Positions 38,696 to 51,150 are shown, counted from the stretch's first letter. The stretch: DNA of 64,000 nucleotides from Octopus bimaculoides (GCF_001194135.2 NC_068991.1:72154065-72218064); one strand, 5' to 3'. Notes: generated from the letters alone by a model not told the origin. Program-made: numbers and translations.

Positions 38696-39502
38696 ATATA
38701 TATATAATGGAGAAATTATACAAAATGTATAAATAGATGATGAGTAAAGCACCAATACAGTTTTGATTACCTGATGTTATCTATAGATTTATTCCAGGAA
38801 CTTTGTATATACACACACATCCAAATACGCACGCATACACACACACAAAATAGAATAAAGAAACAGAAATAGAATTGAGTTGAAATTTAATTTTATTTGA
38901 TGTCAAACTGAATGTATTTTAAATAGTTGGTACCAGCTATGAGAAAATCAAAATCAATCAGTCAATCAATCAAACAATCAATCAATCAAATAAATAAATA
39001 AAAGAAAATATTGAGAAACAAATAAAAAGAATGCTAAAATTACCACCACCACCACCTACCACACCAACAACAACAGCAGCAGCAGCAGTAACACTGTCAT
39101 CAAATGGATAAATAATATTTAATCTCCTTTCACATTGTAATTAACTTGATCAATGAATTAAGCGATTGCTAAAGAGCTTTGCTGTAAAAAATGTCGAGCT
39201 ACATTCCTATAACTTAACTTATATTCATTTCATTAAATGTTCATTTGGATCTGCATTTAAGAACATGGAATTAAATTGAATCCATAATTATATTAAATTT
39301 TGATTTTCTATTTCTTTCAATTTTAATTTTAGATTAAAATAATCTTGAATTTTAATTTCAAATAGTTTTTTTTTTTATTTATTTACCTATGTATTTGTTT
39401 TGGGTAATTTCAAACAACAAAAAAAGCCCTGAAAATTTTTTTTTATATATTTTAATATACTGCATAATGGCTTTATTCCATCTACCCTTATCTTTACATA
39501 GC

Positions 39503-39885
39503 TTAGGCATGGCTGTGAGGTAAGAAGCTTGCTTCCCAACCACATGGTTCTAAGATCAGTCCCACTGTGTGGCACCTTGGGCAAGTCTCTTCTACTATAA
39601 CCTAGGGCTGACCAAAGCCTTGTGAGTGGATTTAGGAGACGGAAACTGAAAGAAGCCCGTCGTATATATATGTGTGTGTATGTGTATGTTTGTGTCTGTG
39701 TTCCCACCCACCACTGCTTGATAACTGGTGCTGGTATGTTTATGTCCCCATAACTTAGCAGTTCGACAAATGACCCCAAAAGAAAAAGGTACTGGGGTCG
39801 ATACATTCAACTAAAAATTCTTCAAGGCAGTGCCCCAGCATGGCCGCAGTCTAATGACTGAAACAAGTAAAAGATAAAAGATTTT
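39503..39885 (+). mobile_element. SINE family A, full length
   Basis: Colinear with the copy at 18565. Confidence 0.85.
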
Positions 39886-40058
39886 AAAACATAGTCTAAT
39901 AACATCTATGTGTTTTTCTTTTTTTTTCATTTTATTTTTATTTTACTGTATGAATGAACTGGTCAATGGCATAAGTACCAATTGAGCACTGATGTAACTG
40001 ACCAGCCCCCAACTCACCTGAAATTTCAGATATTATACCTATAGTAGAAAGGATTATC

Positions 40059-40094
<36 letters not shown>

Positions 40095-40334
40095 GTCACA
40101 CAAGTAAAACAATATTTCTCTTAACTTGACACTAAACCTATTTTGTGATGAAAGGGAGAAGCATTACAAGTTAATTGAATTGAGCTCCGAGCTCTGCGCA
40201 TTATGGATGCTGGCTTAAAATCAATATCAGCCGGATTAAAACTCATCACTAAACATTCCTCTTTCAAGAAAAAAAGAACAAAATAAAATAACTGAAAATA
40301 GCATTACATATGTGTGTGTGTGTGTGTGTATGTA

Positions 40335-40716
40335 TATATACGCAATAAGCACCATTCATGCGTGGGTCGTTGCCAGTGTCGCCTGGATGGCTCCCCGTGC
40401 CGTTGGCATGTAAAAAGCACCGTCCGAACATGGTCGATGCCAGCCTCTCCGCCCCAATTGGCTCCTGTGCTGGTAGCACATAAAAAGCACCATCCGAATG
40501 ATGCCGATGCCAATGCCACCTGACTGGCTCCTGTGCCAGTGGCACATAAAAAGCCCCCACTACATTCTTGGAGTGGTTGGCATCAGGAAGGACATCCAGC
40601 TGTAGAAACATTACAAGATCAGATTGGAGCCTGGTGTGGCCTCCTGGTTTGCTGGTTTCCAGTCAAACCGTCTAATCCATGCCAGGATGGAAAACAGACA
40701 TTAAACAATTATGATG

Positions 40717-40783
<67 letters not shown>

Positions 40784-40945
40784 ATATATATATATAGCTA
40801 TATACATACATATATATGCATATATCAAAACATTAGATTGGAGCCTGGTGCAGCCTTCTGGCTCGTCAGCCCTCAGTGAAACCGTCCAACCCGTGCCAGC
40901 ATGGAAAGCAGACATTAAATGATGACGATGATAATGATGATGATG
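40335..40945 (+). mobile_element. Two tandem RTE-type 3' end repeats separated by (TA)n
   Basis: Repeated ggca..taaaaagcacc subunits; (GAT)n tails at ~40715 and ~40930. Confidence 0.8.
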
Positions 40946-41164
40946 ATACATGTGCATATATGTGTGTGTAAGTAGATGGGATGGCCATAAATGGAATGCT
41001 TTTGATATATCTGTTCATTCAGTATTGATTTGAAGTTAAACAACAGCAGCAACAATAACAGCAACATGCCCAAATACCTATCCTAAATCCTACCTAATAA
41101 TGTAATAATGTACCTAAGGTAAGATACTAGTGTGTTACTATGACAACAAAACTTCAGATGGAAA

Positions 41165-41400
41165 CAAACTGGCCGATTTGTTAGAGAATGCTTCATGGTA
41201 TTTGTTCTGACCCCTGGTGTTCTGAGTTCAAATCCTGCCATGATCAGCTTTACCTTTTATCCTCCCAGGGTTGATTAAAACAGGGGCCAATCCAAGGTGG
41301 TGGATTAGTGGAAATATAAAAGCATCAAACTGGATGTCTTGCAGTATCTATTCTGGATCTTTGCATTCTGAGTTCAAATCCTGCCAGGGCTTACTTAGGT
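41165..41400 (+). mobile_element. Two SINE family C heads in tandem
   Basis: tctgagttcaaatcctgcc occurs twice (~41221 and ~41368). Confidence 0.6.
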
Positions 41401-41424
41401 GGTAGACTTAGCACATTGTCCAGT

Positions 41425-41575
41425 TTAACCTGTTTAGCCTTTAAACCGGCTGTATTTGGCCCAGTTATTCAACCTGATTTATGCTCACACCAGCCAGGTC
41501 CAGCTTCTCACACCTACCCAACAATGTCATTCTACAAATAAACAATCACATCGTTGAAGTGCCAAAGCTACAAGA
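41425..41575. mobile_element. piggyBac-like MITE, partial
   Basis: Matches the internal sequence of the copy at 30765. Confidence 0.6.
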
Positions 41576-42234
41576 CAGAATAACCGAAATGCTTTCTCTG
41601 CCTTGACCCGAGCATAGGACAGGGCTCGCCTTTTTGAGCTGGGAAATGAATGGAATGCTCGGAGTGTGTCTTGTTGTGGCTACCCCCTCCTATGGAGAAC
41701 TTAGGCTTTGGTAAATAAAAAAAAAATTCTGATTTGGGGGTACATTTCCCTTCCCCCTACAAGTCTTGGGGGCTCTACGAAAGGGGTCATGGGTACAGTC
41801 ATCCACTCCACCCCACATGACTAAAAAGATAAAACGAAATAAATAAATATTAACATATTTATTTCAGAACGACTTTGTGGGTAGGAAGGGAATTATTTAT
41901 TTTATTCTATTTTATTATTTTATTTTATTTTTGTTCTTTATTTGGAATACTTTTGTATTTTGTTATGACAGAAAGTTGACATTTAATCACGTTAAGTTGA
42001 TATGAAAACTCATTGTGTGGCAGTTTAAAATGGAATAGCAAATAAATCAGATGAAACGATGTGTTAGCTTGCAAAGAGAAACCATGTCACATGAATAAAT
42101 AGTTTATATTCATTTGAATGCATAACCATGAAACAAGGTCTTTAGCTGATAGTAGTAGTAGTAGTGGTGGTAATTACAGAAATGAAAGTTTCTACGCAAA
42201 AACCTGTGCGCATACACACACACACCCACCCATG

Positions 42235-42580
42235 TATGTATATATACTGTCTGGTTATGAAGTTTGCCTTCCAAAAACATGGTTTCAGGTTCAATTCCAC
42301 TGCATGGACCTTGGGCAAATGTCTTCTGCCATAACTCCATGCCAACCAAAGCTTTGTGAGTGGACTTGGCAGATGGAAACTGAAAGAAGCCCATCATGTG
42401 TTTATGTGTGTGTGTGTTTGCGTCTCCTTGTCTCGATGTCATGTGATAGTTGTAAATGAGCATCACTGTCATACAAGCAGTGTCTCTCATTTCTAATATT
42501 CTGTGAAAGCATGTCTGGCCATGGATAAATATTATTTTGCTTCAAAATTAGAGAAACTATGGTAACCTCAAGACAAAATA
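42235..42580 (+). mobile_element. SINE family B (family A head, alternative tail)
   Basis: Family A head to gaaagaagccc, then gagcatcactgtcatacaagc...atgtctggccatgg. Confidence 0.7.
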
Positions 42581-42699
42581 CTGCAGTTTCCAGGCTTTCA
42601 GACATGTATCTACATTAAGTATGATACACTAAATGCTATTTTGAACTATACTGCTTTCATTGCTGATAAATTTTTATCCAGCCTGCCAGCTAATTGCAA

Positions 42700-42900
42700 A
42701 ACCAGTACATAAAACAGTGCCAGCTGCGCAAACTGGATGGTGCCTGTGGAAGAGAAAGACCTAGAAAGGAGTTGAATGAAGAGATGGAAACTAAACTCAA
42801 AATGCTGAACCCAACAAAAGAAATGACAAATGTCTGTGACAACTGATGACATGCCGGAATGGAGAGCAAAGCTGCCCTCAAGAAAGCATAGCAAAAAGAA
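42700..42900 (+). pseudogene. RTE ORF C-terminal remnant
   Basis: KQCQLRKLDGACGRERPRKELNEEMETKLKMLNPTKEMT parallels the translation at 25855. Confidence 0.6.
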
Positions 42901-43210
42901 TGTGAAGGAAGAAAGAATTGAAGAATTGGTGGCTGGGATAGTCTTGCAGTAATTTACCAATTGTTCCTTCACTGTCTCTTTTTCCCTTTCTTCTCTCCTT
43001 AGCCTCCCCACCAGGGATCTTTTCACTAGTTTTACCCCCTGCTCTCCCCACTACCTCTATAATAACTTCATACCTCCAACTTCTCCTCATCTTACAGCAT
43101 TTACCCTCTAGTCCCCCCACCACCACCGCCACCAGCCAACTGACAACAGAAGGATTCAAACTCAAAGCAGAAAATGCTACAATTACCACAAGGTATTTTT
43201 CTGCCTCTCT

Positions 43211-43533
43211 ATCATTTTGCTTGTAAAATAACTCAACATGGTGTTATCAAAAACAACAAATAAATGTTCAAATACCATAAATATTCTAGCTGTTGTTATT
43301 TTTTGCGTGCTTCTTTGTCAAAATTAAATCATAACAGTTATAAACGACCATTATTCTCATAGCAAATATTAATGCTGTGATATCAAAGTTCAAAAAAAGT
43401 AGCTAAGTAACTCATGCTTTGTCTAAAGCAATTACTATGACATACACATAATTCTCTCATTAGTCTTAGCTTACAAATGTACATGCATGTGCACATGTGC
43501 GTGCACACACACACACACACTTGTGTATATGTT
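43211..43533 (+). repeat. Long inverted repeat, left arm
   Basis: Reverse complement of 45166-45494. Confidence 0.95.
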
Positions 43534-43543
43534 CATGTATATT

Positions 43544-43867
43544 AAGAAGGCATGTGGCTTAGTGGTTAGGGCATTCGGCTCGCGATTGTAAGGTCGTGAG
43601 TTCAATTCCTGGCGACGCATTGTGTCCTTGAACAAGATACTTTATTTTACATTGCTCCTGTCCACTCGGCTGGCAAAAATGAGTAGTACCTGTATTTCAA
43701 AGGGCCGGCCTTGTCACACTCTGTGTCACGCTGAATCTCCCTGAGAACTGCGTTAGGGGTACACGTGTCTGTGGAGTGCTCAGCCACTTGCATGTTAATT
43801 TCATGAGCAGGCTGTTCCGTTGATCGGATCAGCTGGGACCCTCGTCGTCATAACCGACAGAGTGCTC
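43544..43867 (+). mobile_element. tRNA-headed SINE with CORE-like body and OR-type tail
   Basis: A/B boxes; tail shared with the 3832 copy; 10-bp TSD catgtatatt at 43534 and 43868. Confidence 0.9.
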
Positions 43868-43889
43868 CATGTATATTGTACATGCATGA

Positions 43890-44050
43890 AACGGCACAAA
43901 CACAAAACCTGAAATTCTAAGAGGGTCGGGGTTAGTCAATTATGTCAAAGCCAGGACCCAACTAATACCTGTTTTATTGACCCCGAAAGGATAAAGAGCA
44001 AAGTGGACTCAGCAGAATTTAAACTCTGAATGTAAAGAAGTGAAAGAAGT
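43890..44050 (-). mobile_element. SINE family C, truncated
   Basis: ttattgaccccgaaaggataaagagcaaagtggactcagcagaatttaaactc. Confidence 0.7.
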
Positions 44051-44108
44051 GCTTGCTGCCGGTGCCATGTAAATGGCACCTATGCATTGTAGTCGTGGTC
44101 ATTGCAGG

Positions 44109-44901
44109 CAGGGCTTTGGAGTCAGCGTCAGAGTCGTGGAGTCAGAATCGGAGTTGGAGTCATGAAGTCAGAGTCGTGGATTTGAAGACGTGGAGTTAGA
44201 GTCATGGAGTCGGAGTCATGAAGTTGGAATTGTGGAGTTGGAGTCCTGGAGTCGGAAACAATTAAAGGGTAGTCGGAGTTGGTAAAACTATACCGACTCT
44301 GACTCACAGTATTCTTTTATTCTTTTACTTGCTTCAGTTATTTGACTATAGCCATGCTGGAGCACTGCCATTAGTCAAACAAATCAACCCTGGGACTTAA
44401 TCTTTGTAAGCCTGGTACTTATTCTATCAGTCTCTTTTGCTGAACCACTAAGTTACGGGGATGTAAACACACCGACATCAGTTGTCAAGCAATGTTGGGG
44501 GACAAACAAACACGCACACACACACACACACACACACATACACACATATGACGGGCTTCTTTCAATTTCCATCTACCAAATCCACTCATAAGGCTTTGGT
44601 TGACCTGAGGCTATAGTAGAAAACACTTGCCCAAGGTACCATGCAGTGGGACTGAACCCAGAACCACGTGGCTGGTAAGCAAGCTACTTACCACACAGCC
44701 ACTCCTGCGCCTGTATATATCTTTATTCTTTAATATAAACCAGTTCTAACATATAGGCCTACTCAAAGTACAGGTGTATGCATATGCTTTATGAGCTAAG
44801 TAGACCACAATCACTTAATTACATAAAGAGGAGTTGGAGTCGCAGGTGCCAATAGTAGAGGAGTCAGAGTCAAAGTTTTTTGTTTCAACTCAGCAGCCAT
44901 G
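44109..44901. mobile_element. hAT-like MITE with subterminal (GGAGTC)n arrays
   Basis: cagggct...agccatg termini; degenerate ggagtc repeats at both ends. Confidence 0.65.
44311..44712 (-). mobile_element. SINE family A nested in the MITE
   Basis: Full length, with internal (CA)n. Confidence 0.85.
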
Positions 44902-45165
44902 GTTGGCACCCATGTAAATGGCACCCACCCGTGAATTGTAGTTGTGGTCATTACCGGTGTCATGTAAATGGCACCTGTGCCGGGGGGCACATAAAAGAAC
45001 CTGTTACACTCCTGGACTGGTTGGCATTATGAAGGGCATCCAGCTGTAGAAACCATGCCAAATCAGACTGGAATGAGGTGCAGCTCTCCGGCTCATCAGC
45101 TCCAGTCAAACCATTTAACCCATGCCAGCATGGAGAGGGGATGTTAAACGATGATGATGATGACA

Positions 45166-45494
45166 AACATATACACAAGCTCACACATCTGTGTGTGTGT
45201 GTGCACGTGTGCACATGTGAGTGCATGAGAATGTACATTCGTAAGCTAAGCCTAACGAGAAAATTATATGTCATAGTAATTGCTTTAGACAAAGCATGAG
45301 TTACTTAGCTACTTTTTTAAACTTTGATATCAACAGCATTAATATTTGCTATGAGAATAATGGTCGTTTATAACTGTTATGATTTTATTTTGACAAAGAA
45401 GCACACAAAGAGTAACAACAGCTGGAATATTTGTGGCATTTAAACACTTGTTTTTTGATAACATGATGTTGAGTTATTTTACAAGCAAAATGAT
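45166..45494 (-). repeat. Long inverted repeat, right arm
   Basis: Reverse complement of 43211-43533. Confidence 0.95.
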
Positions 45495-45604
45495 TCTCTA
45501 AGCTAACAAAGAGATAAACACTAACTCGTGATTATATATTGTGTACAAAATAATACAATGGTTATTTTAAAGTTGGGGTGGTCAGACATAAAGTTAGATT
45601 TTAG

Positions 45605-45895
45605 AGTGTAGGCATGATTGCATGATTAAGAATTTTGTTTCACAACTACAGGGTTTGAGGTTCTGTCCACCGTGTGACACCTTGGGCAAGTGTCTTCTAC
45701 CAAGGTCTTGAGAGTTGATTTGGAGGATAGAAACTGTAAGGAACCCATCCTCTGTGTGTGTGTGTGTGTGTGTGATGAAATCGGCCAGCCCCTGCTCCCA
45801 CCAAATTTCAGGTCTTGTGCCTATAGTAGAAAGGATTATTATTATTATTTTTAATACATCTCACCAGTGTTATAAAGTTTTCCACGGTATGTACA

Positions 45896-45929
<34 letters not shown>

Positions 45930-46145
45930 TTTTTGCCTTGGCATCATCTGGTAGTTGTATATGGGGGTCACTATCAGACAGCTAGGGTCATTTCTAATAT
46001 TCAGCAAAAAACATGCCTGACCATGGGAGAAAAAATATGACCTTGCTTGGAAACAGCTGAGGGTTGGTGACCAGAGGAGCATCAGGCTATCAAAAGGCTG
46101 CCTCAATAAACTCCGTCCAACCCATGCAAGCATGGGAAAATGTAC
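45605..46145 (+). mobile_element. SINE family B, interrupted
   Basis: Family A head at 45605; tail gaccttgcttggaaacag...catgcaagcatgggaaa. Confidence 0.65.
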
Positions 46146-46147
46146 AT

Positions 46148-46355
46148 TCTTTTCTACTCTAGGCACAAGGCCAAAAATTTTTGGGGGTGGGTGCCAGTCG
46201 ATTAGATCGACCCTAGTACGGAACTGGTACTTAATTTATCGACTACAAAAGGATGACAGGCAAAGTCGACCTTGGCGGAACTTGAACTCAGAACGTAAAG
46301 ACAGACAAAATACCACTAAGCATTTCGCCCAGCGTGCTAACATTTCTGTCAGCGC
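46148..46355 (-). mobile_element. SINE family C, near full length
   Basis: ttctttctactctaggcacaaggcc...gtcgaccttggcggaacttgaactcagaacg. Confidence 0.85.
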
Positions 46356-46399
46356 ACCAATGTACATTAAAACAATGATGATGTAGTTGTTGTTGTTGT

Positions 46400-46431
<32 letters not shown>

Positions 46432-46702
46432 ATGATGATGGTGATAATGAAATGTATAGTGCTAGGCTTGATCTCTCAACATGACATGGTGCCTTGGATG
46501 CATCAACCATAGTCTCCAGTGGACCACTTCTTCCTTGTGAGTGGAATCTGATAGATGGAAACTATGTGGAAGCTTGTGCGGTTAAGCAGTTTGTTTTGCA
46601 GCCATATGGCTTCTGTGTTTATCCTATTCTCCAGCACCAAAAGCATAATAGCCAGAGTAAGAGTCAGTTCAAGGGACTATTATCCCAGCTGATAAAAATG
46701 GA

Positions 46703-46790
46703 TTACCGTATATACTTGGCTATAAGTCGCACTTTTATCCCCTGAAATTTTCACCTAAAGTCGAGGATTTGACTTATAAGCGCATCCTAT
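46703..46790 (+). mobile_element. Tc2-like DNA transposon terminus
   Basis: taccgtatatacttggctataagtcgcac...gacttataagcg. Confidence 0.5.
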
Positions 46791-46934
46791 AAACAAATCT
46801 TCAGTTATTTTCTAGGTACAAGCCATGTCTGAAGTTCCAACACTTGGAATAACTGAAAAGGATAAAATTTTACTGGGCAGTACCATTCAATCCGGCGGTG
46901 TCAACAGTACTAAAATAAGTGTTGTTTGGGAACA

Positions 46935-46983
<49 letters not shown>

Positions 46984-47414
46984 GGGAGAGTATTCTCAGG
47001 AGAAAACTTGTTTACAAACTATGTAAGATGTTCAGGACTACTTACTTTATGTTTTTATTTTGTATTTTAAAAATAATTAAGTGGAGATGTGTAGCAACGA
47101 TGAAGGAGGAAAAAGATGGGATAAAATACACACACACACACATACATAGATTATAGCAGCGCCTCCATCTAAGAATATCTGAAGAAGGAATTGTATTCCG
47201 AAATATCATCGGACTATGGATAACTAAATTACAACAGGTATATAGTCCATTTTTTGTATTATAGTGCATTGTTGTACCATTCAAAACTTTTTATTCTTTA
47301 CATATATCTATGGATTTATATACGTGTATAAGCACGTGTATGTATGTATTTATGCATAAGCATGTATGTGAATCTTGTCTCACCTCAAAAAATTTAAAAC
47401 TATAGTAATAAGTT

Positions 47415-47560
47415 GAGGCATGTGACCTTGTGGTTAAGAAGTTCAGCTTATGCTCATAAAGTCATCAGTTCAACTACTGGGCCATATGACACTATGTGTC
47501 CTTGAGCAAGACTCTTTAGTTCATGTTATCCCACTCTATTCCACAGTAATGAATAGAATG
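47415..47560 (+). mobile_element. tRNA/CORE-like SINE fragment
   Basis: ggcatgtgaccttgtggttaag...gtgtccttgagcaagactcttt. Confidence 0.55.
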
Positions 47561-47611
47561 GGTAATTTGAATAAATAGAGGAAGAGAGAGCTATATTAGA
47601 ACCTGGTGCAG

Positions 47612-47647
<36 letters not shown>

Positions 47648-47729
47648 CTTTCTCTCTCCCCACTCCCTCTGCTCTGCTAGATAAAAGGGGAGAAGGATGA
47701 GCTGTCTATGCCTGCTCTTGACTCTATAG

Positions 47730-48035
47730 GTACAAGGTACATTCCAGAAGTTTCCAGACATTTTTAGAAGAAGCAGTTATAACCGTCCTCAATTTGTGTA
47801 ATTCTAGTATACCATTACTATACACCTAATAAGCTAACCTGCCGAATTTTGTTATTCCAGATGGAAGGAGATGCCTCATGCAGTACTTTGAACACACTCT
47901 ACTAAACACTGCTCGTCACAACTGACTAGTTTGCAGAATGCAGTGATGACATAAAGACAATTTGGAATCTCACTATGCAATAAAGTTTTGTTTCAGACAG
48001 GGCAAAAATACTGCAGAAACTTATGTACATATTAC
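47730..48035 (+). pseudogene. Mariner transposon 5' end
   Basis: tacaaggtacattccagaagtttccagac terminus and ESHYAIKFCFRQGKNTAETY (mariner HTH start). Confidence 0.65.
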
Positions 48036-48061
48036 AAAAATAATAAAAAAATATACAGTAC

Positions 48062-48142
48062 TGTTTCTACTTCACGGATTTTCACCTATCGCAGGGGTGG
48101 GGGTGGAACGTAACAGCCGCGATAGTCGAGGGATTATTGTAT
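48062..48142 (-). mobile_element. pogo/Tigger-like terminus
   Basis: Minus strand tacaataatccctcgactatcgcgg...gttacgttcc...gcgataggtgaaaatccgtgaagtag. Confidence 0.55.
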
Positions 48143-48298
48143 TTGATTTTATCAATTGTGGAAGAATGAAAGGAAAATCTAAGTTTTCTATTATAATTAA
48201 TTTCTTCACATGCTGGAAGCTTTATCAACCTCACTATTTAACTAATACTTTATTTTATCAGGGATGGAAGGTAAAGTCCGAGTTTTCTATTATAATTA

Positions 48299-48788
48299 CC
48301 GTAAATCCTCGAGTATAATCCGCATTTTTTTCCCGAAAATTTAAAGGTCAAAATCCCTAGTGCGTACTATATACGAGGTTAAAAATTTTTAATATTTTCT
48401 AAGCAATGTCCGAGTCTCTATTTGCTGTCCGGCAATGTTTATTCAGACGCATTTTGTGATGTCGGGCTTGTAACCGATAGTGATAAATATGTAAAGGCAA
48501 TTTACTTAATATTTAGTTTTCACTGACGTTATTTATGTTATTTCTTTATTTTCTGCAAACAAAGTGCACAAAAAAAGCTACACGTTTGCATTATGTTATA
48601 TATACAATAATAATAAAGGACGTTGCCGTATATACGTTTACAAACCAAGGACGTTATACAGACCTCCTTGACTCAAGTTAGAGAAGGGGTACGTATTATA
48701 CACAAGGTTTAGGTTTTTCAGAGGTACAGCCCCCTAAAAATCCCCTGCGTATTATACTCAAGGGCGGACTATATTCGAGGATTTACGG
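48299..48788. mobile_element. Tc2/pogo-like MITE (490 bp)
   Basis: ta|ccgtaaatcctcgagtataatccgc ... gcggactatattcgaggatttacgg|ga; 25-bp TIRs. Confidence 0.85.
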
Positions 48789-49249
48789 GACATGTACATC
48801 TCAGAAGCTTTATTAGAAATATTCAAGCAATTTCAGGACTTGACTGGTATTATGTTTTATTGAACCCAAAAGGATAAAAAACTAGGCTTCAGTTTTCTGT
48901 AATGATTTCATTCACATCTAGGAAAGTAATCATAATTATTAGAAATATTGCATTGATCTCAGTACTGTACGAGTTGTTGTTGTCATCATGTATTGTAGGC
49001 TTTGCAATATGTTGATGACACTACAACAAAAGCCTTCCTGATTAACTGCGAGTTCTCCCATCGGATAAAGCCATAGTGTTTCTTTGTTCTAACTTTCTCA
49101 TAGGAACTGATTTTATTTTTATTACATATATATAGATGTATATGATAGATGAATAATACAAAACCACATTAAAATAAAAATCCTAAACAATAGTCATGAT
49201 TCTTCCGTAATATAAGTTTTTACAAATGAAAGACAAAGAAAAGAAGAAA

Positions 49250-50370
49250 AGCGGGGGGAAAAAAGGGAAAAAGGGAAGAGAAAAATAAAAGAGAAAAAAT
49301 GTCAATGCAACACCAAGTGCCACAACTAGCCGTACACCACAAGGATCAACAGAACCTACTGAAGCAGGCCAGTATGCTTGCAGTATTACCACGGACGATG
49401 GTGAGGCTAAGACGTTGGAATAGCCAAGCACTTTCACAGGCACCACCTGACACCTTGGTGCAGAAAACTGTCAACGATGACAAGCACTTTGTGGTTAGTG
49501 GCCCAGTTCCTCCAACCGTCCCAAACACCACAGGTTGGAAGAGATAGTTCTCTGCCAGGTCCTGATACTTCAGGGTTTTATTCCGTTTGGTTTTGGAAGC
49601 AGTGACCCTTCCCTTTACTGCAGCGTCCAGGATGTGTGAGGGGGTAAGAGTCATGGATTGTGGTGTCCCAGATGAGGAACCTATCTTTAACCAGAGACAG
49701 AGGGTAAGACCATCTGGTCTCTTTCCATCACTTCTGGATAATCCTGCCAGCTCCAGAACTGAGGGGATATTAAGAGTCAGGGCCCGCTTAATGATTAGGT
49801 AGCTTGGTGTGACAAGCGAAACAACCAGCATTTAGGTGGCAATACAGACCACGAGAATCTGTTGGATTGCGGGGCCTCCACAGTGGCATCTCAATCCTAT
49901 ACAGACGTCAGCTTCCACTCTGAGTGCGATAGAGATGCAGAGTTCATCTAAGCTGGCCACAGACAAGGAATCAATCCAGTCCTCCGAGAATTTTGTACAA
50001 GCTGAAAGTAGGCGACACCTTGATCAGACCGAACACGGAGAGAGTTGAAAGTGACACCTGAATGCAGATTCTCCCATACTCTCTGCTTCCGTCTATCCTC
50101 AACTGTAGCAGAAACTGACAAACCCAGCTCCCTCCAGTGTTTTATTGGCAGAGATATCGGGGGTGGTTTGCCAATTACCTTCCCCAAATGGATGGCTGTT
50201 GGTTCACAAGGAGCTTGTCTGTCCTTCGACAAGTCTTGTTTTTAATCTTGTCGGGTGTCGAGACCCACCTTCACAAGAGAAGCCAGCTACTCAAGCCAGT
50301 TTAGTCACCAACCACTCATCCACGGAACAGCTAGTACTGTTTACATTATACCAGTAGCAGGTTTCATCAA
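49250..50370 (-). mobile_element. CRE-like non-LTR retrotransposon, 3' portion
   Basis: RCHCGG, GLYCHLNAGCFACH, IIKRALT, then restriction-like endonuclease motifs; pyrimidine-rich 3' UTR. Confidence 0.8.
49346..49831 (-). pseudogene. Restriction-like endonuclease domain of the CRE-like element
   Basis: SRSDGKRPDGLTL...KYQDL...FQPV..TVGGTGP...WLFQRLSLTIVRGNTASIL. Confidence 0.8.
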
Positions 50371-50799
50371 TCAGTCTGTGATGAGATCCATGACCAGTTT
50401 ACAGGTACTTTAATTTCATTGAATCAAAACACCTTGAAAGAGTAAAAGACAAAATTGAACCCCGGTGAGATTTGAGCTTATGATAGAAACAGCTGTGACT
50501 AAATACTGCATAGCATTTTATCCATCACTCTAATCTAGTCCTCGTTTTAGTAACCTAAATACCTTTGACTAGAGAAAATAGATACAATAATAGTTAGGCG
50601 GAGAGCGGCGAAGACTATAGCCAAAGACATCTGAAGCTACACACAATTTACCTGTTATTTGACACAATGATAACTGGTTGTTTGTTAGACAGTTACAAGT
50701 ATGGTCATTAAACAATACAATGTAAATGTAATGTTCGTTCTTCCTCCCTCTCTGAATTGTCGGTACATAAATATACACAGTTTAATTGCTATGTAACCC

Positions 50800-51150
50800 C
50801 ATGAACTTTCACACACATACTTTTATATATATACACGCGTACATAAATACATACACACGTTTATACGTATATACATGCATCTATATATACATTCGTATAT
50901 ACATTTATATATACAGATATACGTACATTCATATATGTATATTCATACGTACATATACACATTCGTACATATATACACGCATACATATATATAATAATAT
51001 ATGCTTGCATACATACATTCATACATACTACATATGCATACATACACACATACATTCATACATAGACATGCTCTCACACACACACACACATACACATCTA
51101 TACTCACATCCATATATACATGTATACATACATATACGTGCATACACACA
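50800..51150. repeat. Degenerate (TACA/TA)n microsatellite tract
   Basis: Direct reading. Confidence 0.9.

Larger units (their letters stand above)
44055..45163 (+). mobile_element. RTE-type 3' UTR interrupted by nested insertions
   Basis: ggtgccatgtaaatggcacc units on both sides of the MITE; tail gttaaacgatgatgatgatg at ~45150. Confidence 0.75.
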
